A stretch of 63,622 nucleotides of DNA, the filler included, from Reticulomyxa filosa (Eukaryota > Protista > Foraminifera), in NCBI GenBank assembly GCA_000512085.1. It is 24 parts of 24 records of this genome, joined end to end, with 100 filler letters (N's around TTAATTAATTAA, not from the genome) between each part and the next. Parts side by side here need not be neighbours in the genome. Positions count along the whole stretch, not along the records: positions 38,116 to 39,804 come from ASPP01002972.1; positions 39,905 to 41,740 come from ASPP01012516.1; positions 41,841 to 44,533 come from ASPP01009486.1; positions 44,634 to 45,789 come from ASPP01022496.1; positions 45,890 to 47,548 come from ASPP01039973.1; positions 47,649 to 50,193 come from ASPP01023142.1; positions 50,294 to 57,745 come from ASPP01002267.1; 17 more parts are not named here. One strand, given 5' to 3'. Each line of letters starts with the position of its first letter. Within the stretch, counting starts at the first letter, position 1. Below are positions 38,167-51,300 of the stretch, in pieces. The notes under the pieces were generated by a model. It did no database searches and was not told the origin of the DNA. It worked only from the letters and a program-made list of their open reading frames with translations. Both the position numbers and the translations under genes were made by a program.

Positions 38167-38235
38167 CAAGTCGCGTAGATACTTTTTTAAAAAAAAATTA
38201 TGCTTGTATCATTCGTAGTCTTTAACACAAATCAT
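38167..38235. repeat. Diverged second copy of the 5640-5705 repeat
   Basis: CAAGTCGCGTAGATACTTT...TTGTATCATTCGTAGTCTTT matches the reverse complement of 5640-5705. Confidence 0.8.
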
Positions 38236-39904
38236 TTTATATTCAAATCTACTGACCCACGCCAATTGATTTGATTCATATTCAAAAGAAATAATTGAAT
38301 ATTGTTTGATCACAAATTCTTATTTGATCTTGATCACACGACACAAAGGTTAATTTGAAATACAATCTCAAAATCCATTGGTACAATCAATCAATGAAAT
38401 ATGGAACCTATCGTTAATTCGTAATTGAGTTCAATTATATTCGAGCAAGTTTACATTCAGAAGATCGGAAACAGTATTGACTTACTTGTTTATCCTAAAG
38501 ATATCAGTAGTTTGCAAAAAAATGACAAACATATAGTACTACTTACGATTTTTTCGCAAAAAAATTTGAGTGTAGAAACTATAAGCCTTTGAATTTATTT
38601 TTTAAAGTGTAAAATGAATTGACTGTATTCTATTTATTCTTTAACTCTAAATTCATATTTTTCCAAATTCAATAGTTTTGTTCAACTTATTTATTTTTGA
38701 TAAGTATTCACAAATAATGAAAGGATGCAAACATCAGGATGATCAAGTTTTGTTGTTTTGTCCACACTGGCCCTATTTTGTAAGACCTTGTAACAAATGA
38801 GTAATTTTTATCAAATATCTTCAATCAAAGTGTCAAAGCTTTACATTAAATTCCTTTTAGCGAAATATAACTTAAACTTGACAAAGATCTTAGCAAACTA
38901 CTGAAACCTTAAAAGCGACTCGTTCCAAAAAATAGCACACAGAAAAAAAAAAGAAAACTATAAGAACACACAACTAGATAGGCAATAAACCAATAATCTG
39001 TGGAAATCCTTTGTCCTTATTTTTGGTACCGCACGTGTTCATACACGAGACAGAGGATAGTAAAAAAAGTGGAGAAAAGAAAAACAATAAGTTCATTAAA
39101 AAGTGTATTGCCAAAAGCAAGGAATATTTGATTCGTTTAATGTGACAATGTCACAACAATTTATTACCTCACACAGTCAATGCTATACGATATTGGGTGC
39201 ACATTCCAATAAATAACTCAAATAAACAAAGAGTACGGCATAAATAATGATTGTATTATTTAGAGTTGCAAAGTGAATTTCAGCATGCTACAAATTTTTG
39301 TTGTGCGTATATTTTTTTTAGTCTCTTTTTAAAAAAAACGCATCAAAGTTTTTTGAGAAGGAAAAAGAAAAGCCAAAAAATCAAATCAAAATAAAAAAGA
39401 CAAATAAATCAACAAAGTGAAATGATGTGTGTTGATCAAGGCATAGTTAGTGCTATTGAGTAATATGATTAGATGGTTCACATTGCCATACAAAAAATAT
39501 CGAAGCAATGATAGCACACGGCCAAAGAGCAAAGTTAATGAAAATTTAACCACACAAAAAAATAGATTTGGATAACGTGGTTATCTTACTTTTCGAATAA
39601 TGGGTGTGGTCATTCAGGGAACTGCGAGTACTCGATGAAAAGAAAGGAAGTTACAAAAGGTGTTTGGAAATCGCCAAACATTTAACATGAGAAAATGTAA
39701 AAAAGTTTTTTCAATTGTGATTATATCTATGCCCCAATAGTTAGCATAATGGTTATTTTAATCCTAAAAAAAAAGAAAAAAGTAAGTAAAACGTATGTAA
39801 ATGCNNNNNNNNNNNNNNNNNNNNNNNNNNNNNNNNNNNNNNNNNNNNTTAATTAATTAANNNNNNNNNNNNNNNNNNNNNNNNNNNNNNNNNNNNNNNN
39901 NNNN

Positions 39905-41629
39905 GTAGTGGTAGTGGTAGTGGTAGTGGTGGTGATGAGAAGAAATGCAGAAGCCATGACACGAACAGCAAGTCGTCTTCAGAAACTAATCTGCGGAAAT
40001 GGTCTGGCCATTCCGTTGACAGTTGCTTAGAAAGCTCTAGCGAGTTTATGATCAATGACATATCCCCTCCTGTTCTGCACGTCAAAAGACGCTACTCGCA
40101 TTTCCAAGACACAGCAGACCCTCTCCAGGCCGGTAATGGTATGTCGCTTGCTTATGTATGCATTTTATGTGTACATTTTTTTTTTTATGTATTTATTTAT
40201 TTTTTTTTTTTTTTGGTGTGTATACTATTACGTCGTCATGCATATTATACATATACATATATTTATGTGTATATAATATACACAGTATATATACTTATTG
40301 TGGCATGTACATAAATATATATGCATACATGACGTGTGTGGTTCATTGTTTTTAATGATCTTGTTTTTCGTCTATGATTGGGTTACTTTTGTCTTACCAA
40401 AAATAAATAAAATAAACAAAATACAAAGCGGGAAAAGATACGCGAGAAAGAGAAATCAATATGAATGGAAATGAAGAAAATGACGACGAAGACGAAGGAG
40501 AGGAAGACAATGAAGATGAAGCAGATAGAGAAGAAGAAGAAGACGAGTACGAAGAGGAGGAGGAAGAATCAAAAACGGACGTGGAAAGCGCAAGTACGGC
40601 CGACAATAGTGTTCGGTTTGCATTGGGATGCTTTTCTTTAGAAAATGAGTCGAAGGAAAGCAGTGCCAGACGCAAAAGTAAACCGGAATACAAACGTGGC
40701 ATGCCGGTGCATTTCAGCGATGTTGTGGCAAGTGGTAATTATCAAAGGGGTAGTGATGGTGAGTTGGATGACGACGAACTTATTCCAATGCAATCGAATG
40801 AACAAGAAGACGAAGATACCAGACTCTCGTTAATTGTTTTTTTTTTTTTTTTTTTTTTTTTACAATTAAATGATTGAAATTATGTTATGTCTATTTACAA
40901 TTTTGGAATAATAGGAATGCTGAATGTGAAGAGGTGAGCCGATCAATTCCAAAAGAATACACACCAGAGCCCCTGCAATTAACTGTTTGCACCAGAACTC
41001 GCCATTGCGATGCCAAGAACTCGGAAGTGGAAGACGAAGCAACGAGCACCGGAGATGATCATGATGACAGTCATGTATGCAACTCAGCAACCACGTAGGT
41101 GTCATTTGTTTTATTTTGTTTTCCTAATTTTTTAAATTTAAATTTAAAAAAAAAAAAAATCATAATATTCTGTATATTTTATGTATATAAATGTATAACA
41201 TATACGTATAATTATATGCATACATATGTGGCTTTTTTTCCCCTCCCCCCCCCTCCTTTTTTTTCCCCCCCCCCAAAAAGCGTGTTGTATGACAATACTT
41301 GTCGAACATCGTCACGACTAACGAGTGTGCCCATGGTAATGCAAGATAGCTCTTTTAAAAAATCGCCCAACACAGAAAGGAGTCCAAGTATAACCCCCAA
41401 TCCGCTGCCGGAAGACACCCCGCCACCTGTGACAATGGGTCTATCGTATCCACTTGTATGCAATGTCACACCGCCATACTCGCAACCCTTTCAGTTGCAT
41501 GCGCAGTCCTATGCGGCCAGTACTTCACCTCCTCCTTCTGCTTCTCCTCCTCCTCCTACACATCAGCAACAACAATCACAATCACGATCACAACAATCAC
41601 AATCACAACAACAACAAATACAGCCTTGA
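39905..41629 (+). CDS. Acidic/Pro/Gln-rich hypothetical protein, 3' exons
   Basis: Four exon-like blocks with GT..AG introns; poly-E tract; TGA at 41627-41629. Confidence 0.5.
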
Positions 41630-44600
41630 TCTTTATGTCTCCTCAAAATGGTATTCATTGTGTTTTGACAAAGTACAAACATGCAAAAAAAAAAACAAAA
41701 AAAAACAACAACTGAGTAGAACAGGCAATATGAAAAGTTANNNNNNNNNNNNNNNNNNNNNNNNNNNNNNNNNNNNNNNNNNNNTTAATTAATTAANNNN
41801 NNNNNNNNNNNNNNNNNNNNNNNNNNNNNNNNNNNNNNNNAAAAAAAAAAAAAAAACAAAACATTTCTTCCATCGTGTCATACGACAGTATACGTCTCTT
41901 CTCTTTTCACAAATGAACAATAAATATTATTTTCTGCTCGCTATTTTCTTTTTGTTTTTTTTATTGTTGTCTTCTTATTTTTGTTCAATTACACTCTGAC
42001 TATATTTTCAAGTCTTCTATGAGCAAAACATTTCATTCTTAGTTATATTGCATAGCTTATTCTTCTGGTGACTATCTATCTTGCTCTCGTCGTTGGAGCA
42101 TCTTTCTTCAGTTTTATACGTAAATTACATAAATGTTAAACTTCCAAAGAAACTTTAAAACAATGTCATTCCGCTTTTTTGAATCGCAAGTTTTTAATAT
42201 TGATTGTTAAAAACGTTATTTTTTGCAAAAAAAAATGTTTTGCATATAAGATGACAATATGTATATAATTGTTATTTCTAATAAAAATAAACATATAAAT
42301 GAAATTTCATTGACTTCGGGCAACAAAATTTTGAAATTTAAACATATACACGATATAAACAAAAATTAGCAAGTGCATTAAACTTTTTATACATTTTTTA
42401 CCAAACAAAAAAGTTTAAACTTAATTATACTGATTAATATTCAAGTATTTAACGCAAAACACAGAAGAAATTAAAAAGCATTATATGGAAGCGCTTTGAT
42501 GAGTTTACAAAGTGAACAGCTTTGCAAATGCTTTTAGATAGAAAGTCTATGCGAAAAGTGACAAAACAAGATCTGAATCCAATTTAGACTTTGGTGTATT
42601 ACCAAGTGCAGTACTTACAAAAATAGACTATTTTCAAGCAAAGAGTATCTCTTTTATTAGTTTAGCAAGCAATTGACTCGATTGAATGATTTGTGAGATA
42701 TGCTTATTGCTTCAATGTATAAGCGCATTCATGATGTGATAAAGGCCAATGTCAATGCCACCAAGTAGTAAATTACACATAAAAGCTTCTTTTAAACACT
42801 AGTGTAAAAGTTTGTGAATGTATTATTTTTTCTTTACAGTTTGATATAGATATAATGAAAAATTTTGTTAAAAAAAAAGTCATGATGTAAAAGCAAGATA
42901 AAAAAATTGAATGTATAACCTTTCAAATAAATGCAAGAGATAAGATAGTAAAACATATAGTAAAGATAGTATGTGATTTGTTCTATGTATCTACAAAATT
43001 ATTTTTGCTTTAGATTTTTCAATAAAGATATACAAGTCAAATACTAAAAAAGCACTATTTTTTTTTATAATGTTTTTTTTGCAAATTACTATATTTATGG
43101 AAGATCACATATAGATCAATGTAGTACGTGTAGTACTAACCATTATCAGAAATCCAAGTGAACGCCATAACCCCCTTTATTCTGGTTCACACATAAATCT
43201 TTCGTTTCTTCTTAGTTTTTGCTTGTTTGTTTTTGATTATTATTTTCTCGTTATTTAACAAATTTCGTTTTACTGAAAGTTTGCTCAGTGAGCTAAACAA
43301 CGTTTCGTATTACACTTTGTGCAGTTCTTTTCAGCGGCAGACATTCCATATCAAGCAAAAAAGTTTTGTGAAAATTTCACTGCAGTAATCTCTTCACGAA
43401 TAAACATAATATAAGTTTTTCAAATTGACTGTTGGGGACTGCATTTCTTTTTGTGAAACTGTTACAAACTTTTCATAAGTTTAAGAATCGCCTCAAAGCA
43501 ACCATGCCATAATCATATACACGTACAAATAGCCAAATCAATTTTACAGTTTTTTTACACAATTATACACTTTTTTCAATATCCTTTTAAAAAAAATCCA
43601 GGACACTTTTGGTATTGTTGAAAATTTAAGATTGGCTCGTTAATATAAATGAATGGTGATAAAGTTTAACTCTCCATTATTCAGAGGACGGTCAGTACGA
43701 ATTTAAACAGTATATAACAGCTCGGGTTATATCATAGCGTAATGAAAAATTGCAGTGCATAATAAGTCTTCAAAAAAGGTCAGGACGAAGTAAAAGACAA
43801 AAGACACTGAATATATAAATAATGTCCCTTTGTCATCAAGACAAAGATAATTTTATTTGATCAAAACGAGATTGATCTGCAGCGCCAAAATTTTGTGTGT
43901 TGAAGATAGTGTATATTTTGGGCTAACACGTTGAAACAATGAACATAATAAAGCAAAAGTGGAACTCAAAGAAGGACGGCGCAGCGAAGCTGGGAATAAA
44001 CGCGGCACAAGTAGCGAAAGCATGTCTAGAGAAGCAAGATGGATATTTAAAACGAGCAGAATTTGAGCTATTTTGGGAAGCAATAGAAGGAGACACAGGC
44101 GAATTGAATATATTTTTGAGCATTTTATTGCAATATTTGTTGCAAACTCTTTCCAACGATAAAATGCTGAGTACGTTACCCATAAAAACAAAAATAAATA
44201 TTTTGGTCCAATGAATGATTTTTTTTTTGGTTTTTTTTTATAATTATTATTATAAATGATTTGGACATCTCCTCTTCCAAAAAAACAAACAAAAATCTGA
44301 GAGCGGATCTATATTGCATAGTTGTCTTGTTATGTGCACAAACAAATGAATAGCATTTCCGTGTCAAGTATTGTTAAACACAGTAAATTTTTTGACACTG
44401 TGTGTAGAATTACCACAAACCAAACAATTACACGAGCTCATGAACAAATGGAACAAATCTAAGCAAAAATATGAATCGAGAACAACACCTGCCGCTAAAG
44501 ATGTACTGTTAAATTTTTTTTTTTTTTTTTTTTNNNNNNNNNNNNNNNNNNNNNNNNNNNNNNNNNNNNNNNNNNNNTTAATTAATTAANNNNNNNNNNN

Positions 44601-45889
44601 NNNNNNNNNNNNNNNNNNNNNNNNNNNNNNNNNAAAAAAAAAATCGCCCAGATCAATCGCAGATAATACGGATCTTGCTGCTGTCCAACCATGAAAGCAA
44701 GCTTGTAAAGAAGAAAGAAAAAAAAAGATTCGATAATGTCACTCAAATGAAAACGATATCGATATTGCCGTATCGCAAACGACAGCAGCGACAGAATTGA
44801 TCGAAGAAATAAAAAAACAAATAAGATGAGAACGTGGACGTTGTGGAAAATAAATAATCGCACTGGCGGTCGAGTGAGCCACTCTAACATGAAACTATCC
44901 TTCCGATGTCGCGGCTTAATTTGGTAGATGAGTTTTGCGAAACTCCAATCTAACATCAGCAGCAAACAAGAAGAAGATAGAAGGATGACGATGATAATGA
45001 TGAACATAAGAAGATTTCAAGGATATCGCGTTGGATTTGCTTTAAAAGAAAAAAAACCGTCCGTTTACTTGCACTAGTTATCAAATGGCTCTTCACACCA
45101 GCGAGTGAAGGATTTGTGCACTTTTATTTATGGACTAATTTTACATGGCCCCCCCTTCCCCCCCAAATGGAAGCTTCTTGCCTGGTGTGCTCCAGTGATA
45201 CTTATGATTGCAACGAGGAAACGCTGTCCATGTTCTCTTTTACTAATTTGTCAATTGTTCCAATACATAGGACTGGTATTGTGCGCGTCAGTATTTGGGT
45301 ACCACACTGCATTCTACGATTTGATTTGCAGTGCGCGGGAGAACTAATGATGTTGCGCATTTGTTACAAAAAGTAACAACGTCGTGGCAGTCGATGATTG
45401 TATCAATGATTCAAAAGTCGCTCCATTATGTAGCGAATCTTGGATATTGGCAATGTATTGATGGCGCTGTGCCCTGCTGGATGGATAAATGAACAGCATT
45501 CCATGTCAGCAGTCGAGCCCCCTTCCTCTCCTTTCCACACATGCTTGCTGTTATTCCAAGTTCCTGTTACATGTCGTTATAATCGTATTTGGGTCCATTG
45601 TTTGAAAAAGTTTTTTATATGTACTTTTTTTTTATATATGTACATATTCAATACTATTAGCAACACAATATTTTTATACGTATACTGATTATTTACTTGT
45701 ATGTATGTGATATGTGTTGCTTGAAATTTTTGATTAGACATTTAAAGAAATGCAAATGGACACATTTTGCTGTTTACATTGTATATTGGNNNNNNNNNNN
45801 NNNNNNNNNNNNNNNNNNNNNNNNNNNNNNNNNTTAATTAATTAANNNNNNNNNNNNNNNNNNNNNNNNNNNNNNNNNNNNNNNNNNNN

Positions 45890-46350
45890 CATTTCTCGAT
45901 TTATTTTTAATTCATTTTTTTCTTTCAGCCTATCATATATTATATTTTATATTTATAATTGTTAATTCGTTGTATATTTTATTCGCATTTAACTCATTCA
46001 AATTGGAAGTTGCACAAATTTCTCTTAATTTCTCGACCGTATCAACCAATATCTGATTGCAATTTTTCCATGTTTGCAATATTGTTATTTTTTCAAGTTG
46101 ATTACCAAAATTATCGAATAATCGTATCAAATGCTGCTGGTGTTGTAAATTTGTACTGTATTAAAAAATATAAAGCAATACGATGTTTTTGTGTATTAAA
46201 AAAAGAGAAAAAAATATATTGTAACGTGTTTTCTGTTATCCAAGTTAAGATAGCCTTTGTCTTTTCAACATTTCCGTCATACACCTTCCATGCTTTTAAG
46301 ACAATATCTTTATCTATCTTGGGAAATGTTTGTTGAAGTTGTTCGAGCAT
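45890..46350 (-). CDS. CUE-like domain protein (multi-exon, possibly pseudogene)
   Basis: MLEQLQQTFPKIDKDIVLKAWKVYDGNVEKTKAIL fits the CUE pattern (FP...GNVE...L). Confidence 0.5.
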
Positions 46351-47648
46351 GATGATGAAGTTAAACCTTTTTTTTGATTTAGAACTTCTAAAATTGAAAA
46401 AGACCTTTTTTTTACGTGTAGGGGAAGTTTTCAAAAGGAAATTTTATTTTATTTTGGCAACTTCTTGAGCTCGCTAATGCTTTTTTTGAAAGTACAAACA
46501 TGACTTGCGGCATCAAAAATGTTATTTTTGCAATGCTTTTATGTTTATGCACCCACGCATAAAAAAAAGTCACTATGTTGAAAGTACAACTTCCAGTGAA
46601 TAGCCTTTATAATCACAAAAGATTATTTCGAGCGCGTGCATCAATTAAAAAAATGATGTAAAAAAAAGCAGACAAATGAACATAAGGAAATAAACATTGC
46701 ACGAAATGGATTTATTCCAAAGAAAATCCTTCCAGTAAATTAAGTACAGTTAAAAAAGAATATTATAATGTTCTCACGTCATCATAGAATTTTATTGATA
46801 CTTAAGCCTTTAGCACAATTTCTCTACAACTACCAAAGGTAAAAAACTGGAGTGAAGACATGAGTTCCTATTTAATTTTTTTTTCTTAGGCTCCTCCAAG
46901 CTCAAATTATTTCGGCAATTATAATTTGTATATAGCAAAAAAGAAAAAAACAAATATGATAGTATCATCACCTACATTTCAAAGCATGTTTTCCTTTTTC
47001 TCAAGTTCAGTGCAACAATCTGAAACAGGAATTGTTAATTTTCGATGCCTCTACCAAGTAAACTGTTATTCTACTATATTCGAAGCAATCAATACAGATG
47101 GGTGTGCAAGTTACCAGAAGACTATGCAGCATGCGAATGGTAAAAAGAGACTATATTGCGGATGTTTGGATGCTATCACGGAGAATTGAAGATGATGAAA
47201 CATGCAAGGTTTGGAAGAAGAAAACAAGTGACAATATGGTCTCGTAATAGATAGTACCAACGGCCAGCAAATTTGTATCACATGCAGAGGTTAGAGGACA
47301 CAATAGCAATTTATTGTGTATTACTTATTTCAAGTCGATTGATGTGTTTAATATAAGCACACGCAGATATGTTGTATTATTTTGATTTGTGCCGAAAACG
47401 ACGAAGCAAAGCAGCTGCTGAGTGTTTGAAAGTTGCATATTTTTTTTTTAAATATATTTCTAATAATAATAAGAGATGCACATCTAAAGTCTATGGACAT
47501 TATGTATCGCCAATAATGCACGATGGCAAAAATGATCGTGTTGTTCAANNNNNNNNNNNNNNNNNNNNNNNNNNNNNNNNNNNNNNNNNNNNTTAATTAA
47601 TTAANNNNNNNNNNNNNNNNNNNNNNNNNNNNNNNNNNNNNNNNNNNN

Positions 47649-49282
47649 AATAATAATAATAATAATAATAATAACAATGACAACCACGGCAAATTCAAAA
47701 AACGAAAAGAAAGAGACGAGGAAAAAAGCAACGACTTTGAGACAAATAACACGAAAAATGCAAATATGAAAGACAGCAAACCGGGAGTGGATCGGACCAA
47801 ATCGATGGAAATGACCACATCCTTGGAGAGCCAAGAAACGAGTCACACGGACCCGTTCAACGGCGAAGATATAACCTCGCCCCAACTTTTGAATTTAATC
47901 AGTCCAGGAGCTCGAAACAACCAACAAAACCGATCTCAATTTTGTTTTCCAAACAAAAATCCCAATCCTAATTCTAATTCCGATTCCAGTGAAATCATGA
48001 CCAAAGATTCCCAATCCGACATATCTCCACGAACGCCGAGTATGATCGATCACGTGGTCGGTAGAGTGTGTTCCTTTGCAAAGACACAAAGGTTTGTATT
48101 GTAAAAAGAGGATACACATATACATATATGCATACATATACATATACATATATAAATATATGTAAATTAGTGGAAGTCGATTTGTGCAAGAAAAATTGAG
48201 CGAAACGAAATACTTTCAAATGTTCTTTGAAGAATTACAAGAACACGTACCCGAATTGATGATGGACAACTTTGGGCATTATGCCATTGAGGCATTATTC
48301 AATCACTGCAACGACGAGCAAAGGATAGTATTGGTGGACAATTTGCGCGAGAGCATGGTGACAGTGGCGTGTCACAAACAAGGGTCATTCAGCATCCAAG
48401 CCATGATGGACACCTTGTCCACTACTGATCAAAAACAGTATTTGATTCAAGGACTGCAAATGGACATTAAGAAAATCATTCTCAATCACTCTGGACATTA
48501 TGTGATTTTACGCTTTTTGACGCGATTCAAGTATCCCGACACCAAGTTCATTTTCAAGGCCATCTCGCAGTACGCTCTGGAATTGGCAACGGACCATTAC
48601 GGCCTCAGAGTCCTCAAAGACGCCGTCGAACAGGGACAGACCCAACTCCCATCTCAAGATCTGCTGGCCGTATATATGAGCATTGCCAAACACACCAATT
48701 CACTCGTCGAAAATCAGTACGGTAATTATATCATTCAACATTTATTAGATGTCGCGCCACGCGAAGTCACAGACACTATCAAAGAAAAGATGCACGGCAA
48801 GTTTGTGCGATACAGCAAACAAAAGTTTTCCTCCAATGTCGTTGAAAAATGCTTGAAACACTCGAGCGCTGAGGTAAACAAAGGCATCGCCAACAAAGAT
48901 TGGCGTCGCATTATCATTCAAGAGCTGCTCACTAAAGTCGCCGATTTGATCACTGATAAATATGCCAATTACTGCTTGCAAACCGCCTTGGAAACCGCGT
49001 CTTCCGATCCCGAACTCTTGTCCAAATTCAATCAAGCCACCAAACCTCATTTGGAACACTTGGTTAATCATATACTATATAATATATACGTATACATATG
49101 TTATTATTTTTTTGTTTGTTGTATATACTTTATAGAGAGAAAATGTAAAAGCAAAATGGATGAAATTAATCGATATTGCTTCTGGTAAGTGTAAAAATGT
49201 AAGCAATGATTCGACTGTTCAGAGTGACAAAACAATGAACTCGTCAATGGCTGACAATGTTGCTCGCACTGTTAAAACTTGA
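47649..49282 (+). CDS. Pumilio/PUF RNA-binding protein with 8 repeats (introns 48092-48170 and 49063-49135)
   Basis: Repeat cores GSRFVQ, GHYAIE, GSFSIQ, GHYVIL, GLRVLK, GNYIIQ, SSNVVE and ANYCLQ. Confidence 0.93.
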
Positions 49283-50753
49283 ATTCAAAAATAAACACAT
49301 AAGTAAAGAGAGGGAAACGAATGGAGGGAATAAATTGAACGAGTGTTCTGTGGATTCACAGCGTGGTGTAATTTGCCTTAAAATATCTTTTTTTCAAGTG
49401 ATTTTGCATTTTTATTAATTTTTTTTCAAATTTACAATTGTGCCAATGTGCTAATGTTCAATGTTTTAACACAACACACTTTGGTTTTTTTTTTTTTGGA
49501 AGGAAAAACAATTTTGCAGTGTTTGCTGTATTCTGTTGATTTCTTTTTTTCCAATTGATATTTTCTTTTTTTTTTTGGATGTTTGTTGACAAAGATGTAT
49601 TAAGAATTTTTGAGATTGGCAAAGAAAGAACACCAACGATGTGACAACAGTTTTTTTGAATCTTTTACTGTTTTGTTTTGATAATGGTGATAATGATAAA
49701 AAACACTTAAAAAAATTACTTCTCAAATTTCGGACTTTTAAAAAAAACCAACGACAGGAAAAAATACAAAAAGATGTTTCAGCTGTGGTTTTTTCATTGT
49801 AGCAAAACCAAATCAATAACAAAAGGCAATGACAAAATGAAATTACACTACGATTCGCATGAATTTTTTGAGATGTGACATGCTTTTTAGTGGTCTCGAC
49901 GCAGATGATGTTGAGAACCACCAAGGACTTGTCCAATGTTTTGTGCCGTTCACACAATTTGTTGTTGTGTTTTGGTTTAAAGGCACAGTGCAACGTGTGT
50001 GGACTTTTTTTTAAATGTATTTCTCAATGTGATTTTTTTTTTAATGAGTAAAACATAATTGACCACATCATCCCCCCCTTGAAAACAAATGGAGTCCATA
50101 TTGTTTCGTTTTTTTTCCGGAGCCAGGGACTGAAAGTGCGGACCCACCACCACCCCCCCCTTTAATATAAAAGGGGGTTCCGCTTTTTTTTTTNNNNNNN
50201 NNNNNNNNNNNNNNNNNNNNNNNNNNNNNNNNNNNNNTTAATTAATTAANNNNNNNNNNNNNNNNNNNNNNNNNNNNNNNNNNNNNNNNNNNNATCAATT
50301 TATTGTGGATAAATATTTAAATCTAAGTATATATTGTCACTTTTGGTGAAATTATTCTAAAGTGAATAATAAATGATTTTAAAGTAATCACAGACTACTG
50401 TGTATTCTGCATTTCCAAAAGATTTGGATTTTGTTCATTAACAAACAGCAAAAACTAAACACATTATTTTTTGTCTTTGCAATTAAATTGCAAATAATGC
50501 GTTTATATTTCGAATATTTGCAACAGCTGCGTTGAATAGTTTGTAGAATAGTCTCGAAACAATAATTGAATATTTATCGTTGTTCATGTTTCAAAGAGCT
50601 GTGATCGATTGATTAGTTGTTTTATTCAATTATGCACAGTTTTTGTTTCATTAACCAAATAAGAAATGCTCATGTAAAATACTTTTTTTTTAAAAAAGGT
50701 CAGAACCCCTTTTAAAAAAGTTAAACTTAAAAAACTTCAGAAACATTAACAGC

Positions 50754-51300
50754 ATGGGTAATCAAAATACAACCTCTTTTCAAATACTGAAGGATTTGCC
50801 CACTTCACTTTCTGAATCTCAATGTGTGCTACACAAACACGAACTCCTCCTTTGTGGAGGTGCAAACAAAAGAACTTGTTATTCTTATCATACACTCAAA
50901 AACGAATACAAGTTTATCTGTAAGTATCCAAGAGATGTTGAATTAAATGGGCACTGTGTAATGAAACTAGTAGATAACGACAACGAAGACAGCAATCAAA
51001 TCATTTTGTTGTCTTTTGGTGGATATCCTAAACATACATTGACGATGAAATATGTAAGTATTTGGGATAATATGTCAAACAAATCAAATGACTCAAACAA
51101 TTTCAATGAATGGATTCATCAATTTATTATTGAAAGAAATAAATATCATTATTATGGAGGATTACGTGCAGTGATTGGTGGAAGAAACAATAATTTATTA
51201 TTTATCACTTATCCAAATTATATTTGTGTTTGATTTAAATACATTTCAATTTGTTAAACATGATACCAACTAGTAATTATATTTAATTTCATTGCTTTGC
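50754..51300 (+). pseudogene. Truncated Kelch-like family paralog
   Basis: SQCVLHKHELLLCGG...YKFICKYP...GHCVMKL...LRAVIGG, homologous to the N-terminus at 16674. Frameshifts and ends at ~51300. Confidence 0.8.

Noticed and set aside
43485-43525. Dynein-like YDYGM motif on the minus strand
   Set aside because: Five-residue match with no supporting flanking similarity.
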